Below, piece by piece: positions 31,068-41,097 of a stretch of DNA of 64,000 nucleotides; position 1 is the first letter of the stretch, and each line of letters starts with the position of its first letter. Below the pieces are notes generated by a model. It was not told where the DNA came from and did not search any database. It was given only the letters and a program-made list of their open reading frames with translations. The stretch is taken from the NCBI GenBank assembly GCA_965249275.1, contig CBDFLQ010000007.1:480001-544000 (forward strand), read 5' to 3'. Position numbers and translations under genes: made by a program. The DNA is from Dehalococcoidia bacterium (GTDB lineage: Bacteria; Chloroflexota; Dehalococcoidia; Plut-88900).

Positions 31068-31324
31068 ATTCCGAGGCTCCGCGAGGAATCTGGGGCGGGG
31101 ACTCCCCTCCCCCCACTTCCCTCCGTCATTCCGGCTGCCGAGAGCCGGTCGAAGATGCTGCAGGTTTGCCCTGGACGGAGGAACACAATATGAATAGAGA
31201 TGCGCGTGCCGTTCCCTCCCAACCCCTTGCCCCACCCGACGCGCCCGCTTATCATTGCATCCACGTATGACCCTTTTCATACTTGTTTGACCCCCGCGCC
31301 CTTGACACCATAAGGAGACCACAG

Positions 31325-32137
31325 ATGTCTTACGATGACATTCTCATCGAAAGAGATGGCCGCATCGCCAAGCTCATCCTCAATCGCCCTCAAAAGCTCA
31401 ACGCTATCACCGACCATATGGAAGAGGAGATGGGCCTGGCCATCAAGGAATTGGGTGATGACGACTCCGTCGGCGTCGTCGTACTCACCGGCGCCGGCAG
31501 GGCCTTCTCGGCGGGTGCAGATGTCTCCGAGCTCCCGGGCAACGAGTCCAGCAACAACTCCAACGGCAGGGGGGCCAACCCCGAGGAGATCCGCCGGAAC
31601 TTCCGCAAGGCTATGGACATTGTCCTTGGCGTACACCGGATGCAGAAGCCGGTCATAGGCATGATCAACGGTGTCGCCGCCGGCGCGGGCTTCGACCTGG
31701 CCTGCGCCTGCGACCTCCGAGTCGGTACGCCCAAGTCCCGATTCCTCGCCGCCTTCATCCGTGTCGGGCTATTCCCCGGCTGGGGCGGCATGTGGCTCTA
31801 TGCCAAGACACTCGGCATTCCCAAAGCTGCCGAGCTGGTGTTCACGGGCGACTTCCTGCAGGCCGACGAGGCCTATCGTCTCGGTATGCTCAACAAGCTC
31901 GTGCCTGAAGAAGAGCTGGAAGCCACTACTATGGAGATGGCCCGGAAGATCGCCGATGGCCCCCCCATCGCCCTACGGCTATCCAAGTTGATGCTATACA
32001 AGGCTCTGAGCATGGACCTGGAAACGGCAATGCAAATGTCCGCCGCCCTCGAGACCATCACCCTCACCTCCGAGGACCACGTCGAGGGTGTAGCCGCCTT
32101 CCGGGACAAGCGTAAGGCGAACTACAAGGGCCGCTAA
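31325..32137 (+). CDS. enoyl-CoA hydratase/isomerase
   Basis: LNRPQKLNA, FSAGAD, INGVAAGAG, EGVAAFRDKR; ATG 31325 behind AAGGAG. Confidence 0.92.
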   Translation: MSYDDILIERDGRIAKLILNRPQKLNAITDHMEEEMGLAIKELGDDDSVGVVVLTGAGRAFSAGADVSELPGNESSNNSNGRGANPEEIRRNFRKAMDIVLGVHRMQKPVIGMINGVAAGAGFDLACACDLRVGTPKSRFLAAFIRVGLFPGWGGMWLYAKTLGIPKAAELVFTGDFLQADEAYRLGMLNKLVPEEELEATTMEMARKIADGPPIALRLSKLMLYKALSMDLETAMQMSAALETITLTSEDHVEGVAAFRDKRKANYKGR

Positions 32138-32140
32138 GTC

Positions 32141-32623
32141 TTGCGGATCATCGCCGCTGAAATCGAAATCGAGGCCCCTGTGTCCGTCATTTGGGACGTA
32201 CTCTCAGACCTTGATTCATACGCTGATTGGAACCCCTTCCTCCCCCTTGCCTCCGGCAGCATAGTCGAAGGGGAGCGCATCGAGGTCTTCATCAAACCGC
32301 CTCGGGCCAAGGGCACGACGATTACACCCCGTGTCGTCTTGGTCGAAGAGGGCAGAGGCTTCAGTTGGAGGAGCAATATCCTCTTCCCCGGCCTCTTCGA
32401 CGTGGAGCACTATTTCATCATCGACCCCATAGACGACACCCGTTGCTGCTTCGTACAGGGCGAGGAGGTGTCCGGCTTCTTCGTCATCCCCATCATATGG
32501 CTCATCGGCGGCGCCACCCGCCGCGGCTTTGAGAGAATGAACGAGGCCCTAAAAGCCCGTTGCGAAGCCCCCCTCAATCCTCCCCCCGAATTAGACGAAA
32601 CGCCCCCAATGCCGAGCAAATAG
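32141..32623 (+). CDS. SRPBCC/polyketide-cyclase family protein
   Basis: IEIEAPVSVIWDVL.D...Y.DWNPF...MNEALKARCE. Confidence 0.85.
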   Translation: MRIIAAEIEIEAPVSVIWDVLSDLDSYADWNPFLPLASGSIVEGERIEVFIKPPRAKGTTITPRVVLVEEGRGFSWRSNILFPGLFDVEHYFIIDPIDDTRCCFVQGEEVSGFFVIPIIWLIGGATRRGFERMNEALKARCEAPLNPPPELDETPPMPSK

Positions 32624-32840
32624 AGACCTTTCTAAAGAGGGTTATGTGCTGAATCCTCTCCCCTCTCCCTTGACGAGTCCCTTGCGTAACCCCGATGGGA
32701 AGGGTAAGGGCGGTGTCCTATACCCTCTCCCTCGATGGGAGAGGGCTAGGGTGAGGGTGATCCGGGTTCCGAAAGGGAAGTTATGCAAAGTTCTCTTGAC
32801 GGGAGAGGGCTAGGGCCGTAGGCTCGCCGAGGAGAGTGAA
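32622..32840. repeat. cluster of CCCTCTCCC...GGGAGAGGG palindromes
   Basis: about three nested copies between convergent genes. Confidence 0.65.
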
Positions 32841-32883
32841 GGTGTTCCTAGGCCGCAAGGGGCACTAGTAACTAGCCGCCCCG

Positions 32884-33555
32884 CTAATCGTACCCCCGCT
32901 CCCACGCCTCCAGTATCTCCGACGAGTCCGTCACCCACACCAGCCGTTCCATGAACTTCATCGCGTCATTGTGAAGCTCCCCCACCCGCGCCCCGACCAG
33001 GTCCCTGGGTATAACCGGGAAGAAGCCCAGCTGAGTCCCCGTCCATGCCGTCGGCAGTATGCCGACCTCCGTCGCCACGCCTGTCGAGATGAACGTTTTT
33101 ATCCCATGGCTTCGCAGTATGAGTTCGAAAGTAGAATGCACAAACGTGTTTGTGCGGTACTTGTTGATAACTATGTCGCCTTCCTGGGCCTTCAACTCGT
33201 CAATCGTCTGGCAGCCCCAGGTCCCGAGAATCGTAGGGTTGGCATACTGGTGCTTCGCTGGGTCACCGACAAGGTGCCACCGCTTGTTGACTAGCGGATC
33301 ATCATAGGCGCCCAGGTTGAGCAGGCTGGTAAAGTTGGTCTGCCAGACCCTCACTCCGTGGCTCCGAGCCTTCGCCACAAAGTCCACCAGATTACCCAGA
33401 AACCCCGACACGTCGATGCTCTCTCCAGCCTTCTTGAAGATGCCGTCATCGTGCAGAAAATCGTTCTGCATGTCGTGGACCATGACCACCGTGTGCTTGG
33501 GGTTCACCATCTCTGCTACTGACTCGAATATCTCCCGACCCTGAAAATCATGCAT
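32884..33555 (-). CDS. isochorismatase/cysteine-hydrolase family protein
   Basis: VHDMQNDF, GTWG, INKYR, TGVATEVGI. Confidence 0.85.
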   Translation of the reverse strand: MHDFQGREIFESVAEMVNPKHTVVMVHDMQNDFLHDDGIFKKAGESIDVSGFLGNLVDFVAKARSHGVRVWQTNFTSLLNLGAYDDPLVNKRWHLVGDPAKHQYANPTILGTWGCQTIDELKAQEGDIVINKYRTNTFVHSTFELILRSHGIKTFISTGVATEVGILPTAWTGTQLGFFPVIPRDLVGARVGELHNDAMKFMERLVWVTDSSEILEAWERGYD

Positions 33556-33577
33556 GCCTAACCCTCCTGATTTAAGC

Positions 33578-34651
33578 TCACTCCCACCTGAAAACCCTGG
33601 TAGCCGCTATGAAGGCTATCACGAGCCATACCACCAGGCCCAACAACTCCCAGGGAATCTCCGTAAGACTCGCTCCCTGGATGGCCACTTCCCGCATCCC
33701 GTCTGCCAGGAAAGTCAGCGGCAGGTACTGGACTATGTCCTCCAGAAAGCCGGGCAGCGTGTCTGTAGGGAAGAAGACTCCCGAGAGGAACATCATAGGC
33801 AATGCGATGATGTTAGCCAACGGAGCCCCGACTTCCTCGTTCTTCGCAAACCCCGACACCACAAACCCGATCGCAATGAACAACGCCCCTCCGAGCACCG
33901 CCAGCACGAACAGATACCCTAAATTCCCCTCCACCTTCACGCCGAAGATCAGCACACTGACTCCCAGCAGCACTGCAACCTGGACTATGGAAACCAGGAG
34001 CCGGGTGAACACCTGGCCGATCAGGAAGTTGTGAGGCCTGATGGGCGTCGCATACAACCTGCGAAGCACGCCCTGCTGGCGGAACTGGATCAACGAGAAT
34101 ACAACGCTGAATATGCCCATCTGCATGATGGCCATGGATATGATGCCCGGTACCAGGAAGTCGACGTACTCAAGCCCCTTGCTATCGACGGCTTGGGCCT
34201 CGATGCTTAGCCCGCGCTCGACGCCCGCCCTGCGGAGGGTTATCTCATCCAGGACTCCCTGCACAATTCCCTGCCCGACCTGGGCCTGCTGGAACCGGTC
34301 CTCGGCATAGAAGGCCTGAACTGTAGGCGAGGCAGCAGAGTCCCCAAAGCCCGGCGGGATGACTATCACTATGTCCCGGTCCCCGTCTTCCAGGGCCTGC
34401 ATCTCCGCATCCCTCGCCCCGAGCGACAACTCGACAACCTCGGAGTCTTCCAGCACACCGGTTAGGATGGCCGCAGCCGGGGTCTCCGCCTCGTCAACGA
34501 CCCCCATGTCGACATTCGAAAAGGAGCCGAAATTGAGCAGCCCGAATATGACTATGAACATCAGGGGCAGGACAAGCGTCCAGAAGATGGCTTGACGATT
34601 GCGGTAATACATCTTCAGAGATGCAATCGTCAGGGCGAAGGTAGGGTGCAA
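33578..34651 (-). CDS. ABC-2 exporter permease
   Basis: YVDFLVPGI, LPMMFLSGVFFP, LPLTF. Confidence 0.9.
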   Translation of the reverse strand: MHPTFALTIASLKMYYRNRQAIFWTLVLPLMFIVIFGLLNFGSFSNVDMGVVDEAETPAAAILTGVLEDSEVVELSLGARDAEMQALEDGDRDIVIVIPPGFGDSAASPTVQAFYAEDRFQQAQVGQGIVQGVLDEITLRRAGVERGLSIEAQAVDSKGLEYVDFLVPGIISMAIMQMGIFSVVFSLIQFRQQGVLRRLYATPIRPHNFLIGQVFTRLLVSIVQVAVLLGVSVLIFGVKVEGNLGYLFVLAVLGGALFIAIGFVVSGFAKNEEVGAPLANIIALPMMFLSGVFFPTDTLPGFLEDIVQYLPLTFLADGMREVAIQGASLTEIPWELLGLVVWLVIAFIAATRVFRWE

Positions 34652-34652
34652 A

Positions 34653-35411
34653 CTAGTTCTCTCGCAGGCTCTTGCCGGTCAGGTTCAGGAAAACGTCCTC
34701 CAGGTTGGCCAACTTACTGGCCCTTTCCTTCCGGAAACCCGTGTCCAGGAGGCCGTCTATCATGGAGTCGGGGCTGTCCAGCGCCACTATTGACCCCTTG
34801 TCGATGATCGCAACCCTGTCACACAACTCCTCCGCCTCTTCCATGTAGTGGGTGGTCATCATGATGGTCTTGCCGTCATCCCGAAGCCGTTTGATGAGGG
34901 CCCACATATGACGGCGGGCCTGGGGATCGAGGCCCGTGGTCGGCTCGTCCAGGAACATCACCACCGGATCATTCACTAGGGCGGTGGCTAGGGAAAGGCG
35001 CTGTTTCTGCCCACCGGACAACTGCCTGTACTGTGCTTTGCCCTTGTCCAGCAGTTCCACCTTTTCCAAGATTTCCCTGGCATCGATTTTTCGGCCATAG
35101 AGGTGCCCGAACAGACTGACGAGCTCCAGTACTACTAGGTTGCTGAAGAACGCGGAAGATTGAAGCTGTACTCCGATTTTGGCTTTGACGCCCCTCGGGT
35201 CCTTGGTGACGTCTATGCCGTCTATCGTCGCCGTTCCCTCGTCAGGGCTCCTCATCCCTTCCAGGATCTCCACCGTGGTGGTCTTGCCCGCGCCGTTGGG
35301 CCCCAGCAGCCCGAATATCTCACCCCGCTCCACCTCGAAGCTCACGTCGTCCACAGCCGTCAAATCTCCATACCGTTTCGTCAGCCCCGAGGCCCGGATC
35401 ACACAATCCAT
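34653..35411 (-). CDS. ABC transporter ATP-binding protein
   Basis: GPNGAGKTT, LSGGQ, FLDEPT, TTHYMEEA. Confidence 0.95.
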   Translation of the reverse strand: MDCVIRASGLTKRYGDLTAVDDVSFEVERGEIFGLLGPNGAGKTTTVEILEGMRSPDEGTATIDGIDVTKDPRGVKAKIGVQLQSSAFFSNLVVLELVSLFGHLYGRKIDAREILEKVELLDKGKAQYRQLSGGQKQRLSLATALVNDPVVMFLDEPTTGLDPQARRHMWALIKRLRDDGKTIMMTTHYMEEAEELCDRVAIIDKGSIVALDSPDSMIDGLLDTGFRKERASKLANLEDVFLNLTGKSLREN

Positions 35412-35484
35412 GTGAAAATTCTAACACACCCCTACCTTCCGCCATTCTTGACGGCTAGCCGAATCCCACGTATTCGCTATTCCT

Positions 35485-35514
35485 TTGACACCCTTTTCAT
35501 GCGGCTTTTATACT
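35485..35514 (+). promoter_or_regulatory. promoter of a leaderless transcript
   Basis: TTGACA-18 nt-TATACT ending 6 nt before ATG 35521. Confidence 0.7.
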
Positions 35515-35520
35515 CCTCCC

Positions 35521-36654
35521 ATGACTATCGATAAACTCATCTCTGCCGACTCTCACGTGGTGGAACCCCCGGACCTCTGGGACTCCCGTATCGACGCGCC
35601 ATTCAGGGATCGCCGACCCAGGATGTATCTCGACGGCGACGTTCACCGCTGGATTGCGGATAAGGACATCAACGTCGGGTCTCTAGGCGCCCCCTCCCAG
35701 GCCGGGCGCCGATTCGAAGACCCCGACTCCCTCACCATCGAGGCCCCCTTCCAGGACACCCCCGAGGCAGCCTACAACCCTCATGCAAGGGTCAAGGCCA
35801 TGGCCGTCGACGGCGTTGTCGGGGAGGTCACCTACCCCACCATCGCCGTCCGCCTGGTCGAAACCGACATTGACTCCGACCTCATGTCCGCCTGCTTCCG
35901 TGCCATGAACGAATGGATGTCCGAGTTCTCCTCCGCATATCCCAACTCCATCAAGGGAAGCGGCGTCATCAACGTCGACGACATGGACGACGCCCTTGCC
36001 GAAATGGAACGCTGCGCTAAGCTCGGGCTGGCCAGCATTGCTATCCCCGCCTACCCCGGCGTGGGCCGCACCTACGACCTGCCCAGATATGACCGGTTCT
36101 GGGCCCTCGCCCAGGACTTGGGAATTCCGTTGGCAATGCACTCGGGGTCCTATCGCCCTGGGCCCGGGGTCATAGGCTCCTTCGCCAACGACATCTCCGT
36201 CGGCGGCACCTCGTCCTTCCGCGCCAGTGAAGACTACTGGCCCCGCCGCGCCATCGGCGACATGATGTTCTCGGGCGTCTTCGAACGCTTCCCCGGCCTT
36301 ACCATCGGAGCCGTTGAATTCGAGCTCGGCTGGGCGGCCTACTTTATCCAACAGATGGACCGCCATTACGAAGAGCATCGATACGTCAAGGAGATCCGGT
36401 ACAAGGGCAATTCACTGCCCAGCGACTTCTTCCGCCGCAACGTCTTCGTCACATTCCAGGAGGACGTCGCAGGCATCGCCACCCGACACATCGTCGGCGT
36501 CGACAACATCCTCTGGAGCTCAGACTACCCCCACACCGAGTCCACCTGGCCCAACTCCCTCCCCGTCCTCAGCAAACTGCTAGCGGACGTCCCCCAGGAC
36601 GAAGCAGAAAAGATGGCCTTCCGAAACGCGGCCCGGATTTACGGATTCGGCTAA
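35521..36654 (+). CDS. amidohydrolase-2 family protein
   Basis: ISADSHVVEP, GVFERFP, WSSDYPH, NAARIY. Confidence 0.9.
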   Translation: MTIDKLISADSHVVEPPDLWDSRIDAPFRDRRPRMYLDGDVHRWIADKDINVGSLGAPSQAGRRFEDPDSLTIEAPFQDTPEAAYNPHARVKAMAVDGVVGEVTYPTIAVRLVETDIDSDLMSACFRAMNEWMSEFSSAYPNSIKGSGVINVDDMDDALAEMERCAKLGLASIAIPAYPGVGRTYDLPRYDRFWALAQDLGIPLAMHSGSYRPGPGVIGSFANDISVGGTSSFRASEDYWPRRAIGDMMFSGVFERFPGLTIGAVEFELGWAAYFIQQMDRHYEEHRYVKEIRYKGNSLPSDFFRRNVFVTFQEDVAGIATRHIVGVDNILWSSDYPHTESTWPNSLPVLSKLLADVPQDEAEKMAFRNAARIYGFG

Positions 36655-36764
36655 ATCAGGTCCGCGGCCAGTCATCTAAGTACTCCCGCAAGACGGTCGC
36701 ACCATTTGGTCAGGCTCGGCAATATAGCCAATAATGACCGACCGGAAAGCGCAGTGAGGCAATA

Positions 36765-36935
36765 TTGACAGTCAAGAAAGACAACGCAGCACAGCCGAAT
36801 ACCGACTCCTCAGTGGATAAGCCGCAAGGAGCCCTTGCTCTGGTGGGCGCATGGCGAGAATTGCCCGACGAAGTAATTGACTCAATGATTGCGCACATCT
36901 ATAAGTCCCGGCAGACAGACATGGTGGGGCAATAA
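36765..36935 (+). CDS. small hypothetical protein, 56 aa, possibly antitoxin-like
   Basis: TTG start behind GAGG; MTVKKDN...GALALVGAWRELPDEVIDSMIAHIYKSRQ. Confidence 0.5.
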   Translation: MTVKKDNAAQPNTDSSVDKPQGALALVGAWRELPDEVIDSMIAHIYKSRQTDMVGQ

Positions 36936-36984
36936 CCAGGACTACACCCTCCCCCCACCCCACCTATGATATCCTTACCCAACT

Positions 36985-39072
36985 ATGGGCCTTAGACTCG
37001 GCGTAGACATCGGCGGAACCTTTACTGACCTCGCCCTCGTCGACGAGGACTCCGGTCGGCAGACCACATTTAAAGTCTCCTCCACCCCCTCCGACTACTC
37101 TGCCGCCGTCGTCGATGCCATAAAAGCCCTTTCAACCGACCACGGCATTGCCCCATCCTCCCTCACATTTCTTTCCCACGCTACCACCGTAGTCACCAAT
37201 GCCATCCTGGAGTCCAAAGGCGCCCGAGCCGCCCTAATCACCACCGATGGCTTCCGAGACGTTCTCGAAATCCGACGCCAGTCCCGGGCCAAGCTCTACG
37301 ATATATTCCAACCCCCGCCACAGGTAATCATTCCCAGGCACCTGCGTCTCGAAGTCTCCGAACGTGTGGACGCCTACGGCGACATATACAAGCCACTCGA
37401 CGAGTCCGAGCTTGCCCCCATCGTCGCCTTTCTAAAGGCCCACGAGGTCAAGGCTATTGCCGTATCCCTGCTCTTCTCCTTCCTGAACCCGGTCCACGAG
37501 CAGGCTATCGGCAAGATTCTCCGCCGCGAGCTTCCAGAAGTCCGAACCTTCCTCTCCTCCGAAGTCCTCCCCGAAATGCGGGAATACGAGCGCACCAGCA
37601 CCGTCGCCGTATGCGCATATGTGGCGCCCGTCCTGGAAGGCTATCTAAACCGGCTCAACGACTTCCTGGCCACCGACGACTATCCTCCCCTCTACCTGAC
37701 AGGCTCCAGCGGCGGCGTATTCAACATCGACGAAGGTCTCCGAGTCCCCGCCATGCTCACCGAGTCGGGCCCCGCCGCCGGTGTCACAGCCAGCGTCGCC
37801 CTGGGCAATGTCCTCGGGCTAAATCAACTCATCTCCTTCGACATGGGAGGCACCACGGCCAAGGCCTCCTTGATTAACAACGGCGAGGTGAGTGTCACTA
37901 CGGAATACGAGGTCGGCGGCTCCGGTAACGTACGGCGCTGGCTCCAAGGCACCGGCTACCCCATCAAGGTTCCGGTCGTAGACCTCGCCGAGGTTTCCGC
38001 TGGTGGCGGCAGCATAGCTTGGCTTGACGACGCAGGCGGCCTGAGAGTCGGCCCACAGAGTGCAGGCGCAGCCCCGGGCCCCGCCTGCTACGGCCTCGGG
38101 GGCCAGGACCCGACGGTGACCGACGCCGATGCCGTTCTCGGCTATCTGGATCCCGGACACTTCCTCGGCGGGCGCATGCCCCTCTCCCTAGACAGCGCTT
38201 CCACAGCGATAAAGCGCATCGTTGGAGAGCCCCTGGGTCTCGACCTGATGCAGGCCGCCCAAGGCATCGTGGACATCGTCAACTCCAACATGGCCGATGC
38301 CATACGCATGATTTCCATCGAGCGTGGCCACGACCCTCGGGACTACTCCCTCGTCGCCTTCGGCGGTGCGGGCCCCGTTCACGCTGGCCGTATCGGTGAG
38401 GAGCTGGGCATCAAGAAGGTCATCATCCCTCCCAACCCCGGCGTCTTCTCCGCCATGGGTCTCGTGTGCACCGACCTGAAGCGAGACTACGTCCGCAGCC
38501 TGTACACCCTTCTCGATGCGGCGGGCGTTGATGACCGGATGCGCCAGGTGTATCGGGATATCACCGCCGAGGCCCGGGACATGCTCTCCCGGTCCGGCAT
38601 TCCAGAGGAAAACTGGCTTTTCCGCTATTACCTCGACATTCGCTACGGCAACCAGGCATACGAGCTCACGGTGCCCGTCGAGTCCTCGGAGATCGAAGAA
38701 GGCGCCCTGAGTGCTATCGCAGAACGTTACCATGCCCAGCACTTCACCACGTACGACTACAACGCCCCCGATGAACCAATCCAGTTAGTCAACATGCGGG
38801 CTTCGGCCATCGGCAAGTTCGGAGCGGACTTCATCGCCCCCCGGACCTCTTCCGCCAATGGCAGCAAGGACGTTAGCCCTAGATCTCACCGAGAGGTCTA
38901 TTTCAAGGAGTCGGGACAGACTTCATGCCCCGTATATGACAGGGGAGACCTGTCCGCGGGCGCCGAGATCGAAGGCCCGGCCGTCATACAGGAGTCCAGC
39001 TCCACCGTCATCGTATACCCGGGCCAATGGGCCGCGGCAACCGAGTTCGGGACTATCGAGATTACCGTCTAG
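36985..39072 (+). CDS. hydantoinase A / 5-oxoprolinase alpha-like subunit
   Basis: GVDIGGTFTD, SGPAAG, DMGGTT, VGPQSAGA.PGPACYG. Confidence 0.93.
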   Translation: MGLRLGVDIGGTFTDLALVDEDSGRQTTFKVSSTPSDYSAAVVDAIKALSTDHGIAPSSLTFLSHATTVVTNAILESKGARAALITTDGFRDVLEIRRQSRAKLYDIFQPPPQVIIPRHLRLEVSERVDAYGDIYKPLDESELAPIVAFLKAHEVKAIAVSLLFSFLNPVHEQAIGKILRRELPEVRTFLSSEVLPEMREYERTSTVAVCAYVAPVLEGYLNRLNDFLATDDYPPLYLTGSSGGVFNIDEGLRVPAMLTESGPAAGVTASVALGNVLGLNQLISFDMGGTTAKASLINNGEVSVTTEYEVGGSGNVRRWLQGTGYPIKVPVVDLAEVSAGGGSIAWLDDAGGLRVGPQSAGAAPGPACYGLGGQDPTVTDADAVLGYLDPGHFLGGRMPLSLDSASTAIKRIVGEPLGLDLMQAAQGIVDIVNSNMADAIRMISIERGHDPRDYSLVAFGGAGPVHAGRIGEELGIKKVIIPPNPGVFSAMGLVCTDLKRDYVRSLYTLLDAAGVDDRMRQVYRDITAEARDMLSRSGIPEENWLFRYYLDIRYGNQAYELTVPVESSEIEEGALSAIAERYHAQHFTTYDYNAPDEPIQLVNMRASAIGKFGADFIAPRTSSANGSKDVSPRSHREVYFKESGQTSCPVYDRGDLSAGAEIEGPAVIQESSSTVIVYPGQWAAATEFGTIEITV

Positions 39073-39090
39073 GCACGAGGGACTGACGCC

Positions 39091-40836
39091 ATGATGCACC
39101 AGGACATTGATCCCATCACCTTCCAGGTTATCAAGAACAGCCTCCTGTCCGCCGCCGAGGAGATGAAAGTCGTCCTCGCCAAGACTGCCTATTCCCCTAT
39201 CTTGAAGTTAGCCGGAGATTACTCATGCGGGATCTTCGATGCCTCCGGCAACATGGTTGCCCAAGGCCCCGACATTCCCATCCACCTCGGTTCCATGCCC
39301 CTCTCCGTCAAGGCTATCCTTGCAAGAGCCAACGACATAGCCCCCGGTGACGTGTTCATCCACAACGACCCCTATTTCGGAGGATCCCATCTACCTGACG
39401 TCAACGTCATCACGCCCATCTACCTCAACGACGACCTGCTCCTCGGATTCACCTGCGTCCGTGCCCACTGGCCCGACATAGGGTCGGCCAGTCCCGGCTC
39501 CTACGGGGCTACCACCGAGATTTACGGGGAGGGGCTCCGGCTCCCCGGCGTTCGCCTATACACCCAGGGCGAGCTAAACCGGGACATCGACGACCTGATC
39601 TTCGCCAACGTCCGCACGCCCGAGGAGCGTCGAGGAGACCTACGCGCCCAAGTCGCCGCCAACCACCGCGGCTCAATCCGAGTCCAGGGCCTCGCCGAAA
39701 AGTACGGCGTAGACCTCATCCGCGAAATGATGCAGGGCATCCAAGACTACTCCGAGCGCATGATCCGACACCAGCTCGAACGCTTCGACGACGGCGAGTT
39801 CTACTACGAGGACTTCTGCGACGGCGACGGCATTCTCGGAATCGGGCAGACCGAGGACGAACCCATCAACATCCGCCTCCGAGTCAACAAAGTAGACGAC
39901 CATTTGACGGTAGACTTCACGGGCTCCGATGGCCAAGTGGACGGTCCCATGAACGCACCCCTCGCCGTCACTGCCTCCGGTGTCTACACCGCCGTCAAGA
40001 TGATCGCCGATCCCAATGATCTCATCCCCCCTAACTCCGGCGCCTGGCGCGCAATCGGCGTCAACGCCCCGGAGGGCTCAGTCGTCAACGTCCTGCCTCC
40101 TGCCCCGGTCGTCTTCGCCAACCACGAGATGACCCACCGAATCTGCGACATGGTTTTCGGGGCAGTGGCCCCCGGCTACCCCAACAACGTGCTGGCAGGT
40201 TCTCAGGGCACTTCCGCCATCCTGACCGTAGGCGGACTGCACCCCAGGACCAAGCGCCGCTACGTCAGCTACGAGACCGTGGCCGGTGGCATGGGCGCCC
40301 GGCCCAACCAGGATGGCATCAACAGCGTCAAGGTCGGCATCTCCAACACCATGAACTCGCCCGTAGAGCAGATCGAGATGCGCTTCCCGATAATGATCGA
40401 CCGCTACGAGCTCATCAACGACTCAGGCGGCCCGGGCAAGTACCGTGGCGGGCTGGGCGCAAGGCGCGTCACCCGTGTCATGGGGCATACCGCTATGGTC
40501 ACCACCTGCTGCGAACGAATGACCTCGGCGCCCTTCGGTCTACGGGGAGGGAAGCCTGGAGCGGTCAGCAGCATCCAGATGATCGATAAAGAGGGCAACA
40601 AGAGCAAAGTCGCAGGCAAGGGGCCGCCCTTCGCCATCGGCGACGGCAGCGAGATTTGGTACGACGTTGCGGGTTCCGGCGGCTACGGCAACCCCGATCA
40701 ACGGGACCCCGAGGCCCTGCGCAACGACGTTATCAACGAATACGTCTCCGAGGAATCAGCCTCCAAGGACTACGGTGCCAACCCCGAGGACATGCGCTGC
40801 CCCTACTGCGGCGCATCACAGGAACCCGCCAAGTAG
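39091..40836 (+). CDS. hydantoinase B / 5-oxoprolinase beta-like subunit
   Basis: NDPYFGGSHLPD, AHWPDIG, DSGGPGKYRGG, GGYGNP. Confidence 0.93.
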   Translation: MMHQDIDPITFQVIKNSLLSAAEEMKVVLAKTAYSPILKLAGDYSCGIFDASGNMVAQGPDIPIHLGSMPLSVKAILARANDIAPGDVFIHNDPYFGGSHLPDVNVITPIYLNDDLLLGFTCVRAHWPDIGSASPGSYGATTEIYGEGLRLPGVRLYTQGELNRDIDDLIFANVRTPEERRGDLRAQVAANHRGSIRVQGLAEKYGVDLIREMMQGIQDYSERMIRHQLERFDDGEFYYEDFCDGDGILGIGQTEDEPINIRLRVNKVDDHLTVDFTGSDGQVDGPMNAPLAVTASGVYTAVKMIADPNDLIPPNSGAWRAIGVNAPEGSVVNVLPPAPVVFANHEMTHRICDMVFGAVAPGYPNNVLAGSQGTSAILTVGGLHPRTKRRYVSYETVAGGMGARPNQDGINSVKVGISNTMNSPVEQIEMRFPIMIDRYELINDSGGPGKYRGGLGARRVTRVMGHTAMVTTCCERMTSAPFGLRGGKPGAVSSIQMIDKEGNKSKVAGKGPPFAIGDGSEIWYDVAGSGGYGNPDQRDPEALRNDVINEYVSEESASKDYGANPEDMRCPYCGASQEPAK

Positions 40837-40879
40837 CCCAGCCAACAAAATACCCTCTCCCTGTCCCCTCGTCTCCCAT

Positions 40880-41015
40880 TTGTCCTGTCATTCCGAGGCT
40901 CCGCGAGAAATCTGGAGGGCGTCCCCCCATCCGTCATTCCGGCCGCCGAGAGCCGGAATACATTCCTGGAGGTGGGGCCGCTCACCCTGAGCACCGTCGA
41001 AGGGTCGAGCGAGGG
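40880..41015. repeat. REP-like palindrome mosaic
   Basis: family A, GTCATTCCGGCCGCCGAGAGCCGGAAT and CCGCTCACCCTGAGC..GTCGAAGGG units in tandem. Confidence 0.7.
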
Positions 41016-41097
41016 GTGGCCCCGCATCGTCAAATCGTAGTGGTCGTCCCCAGACGGTCACACCACCCCCTAACCTCCGATTTGCCCCTGTCATTCC

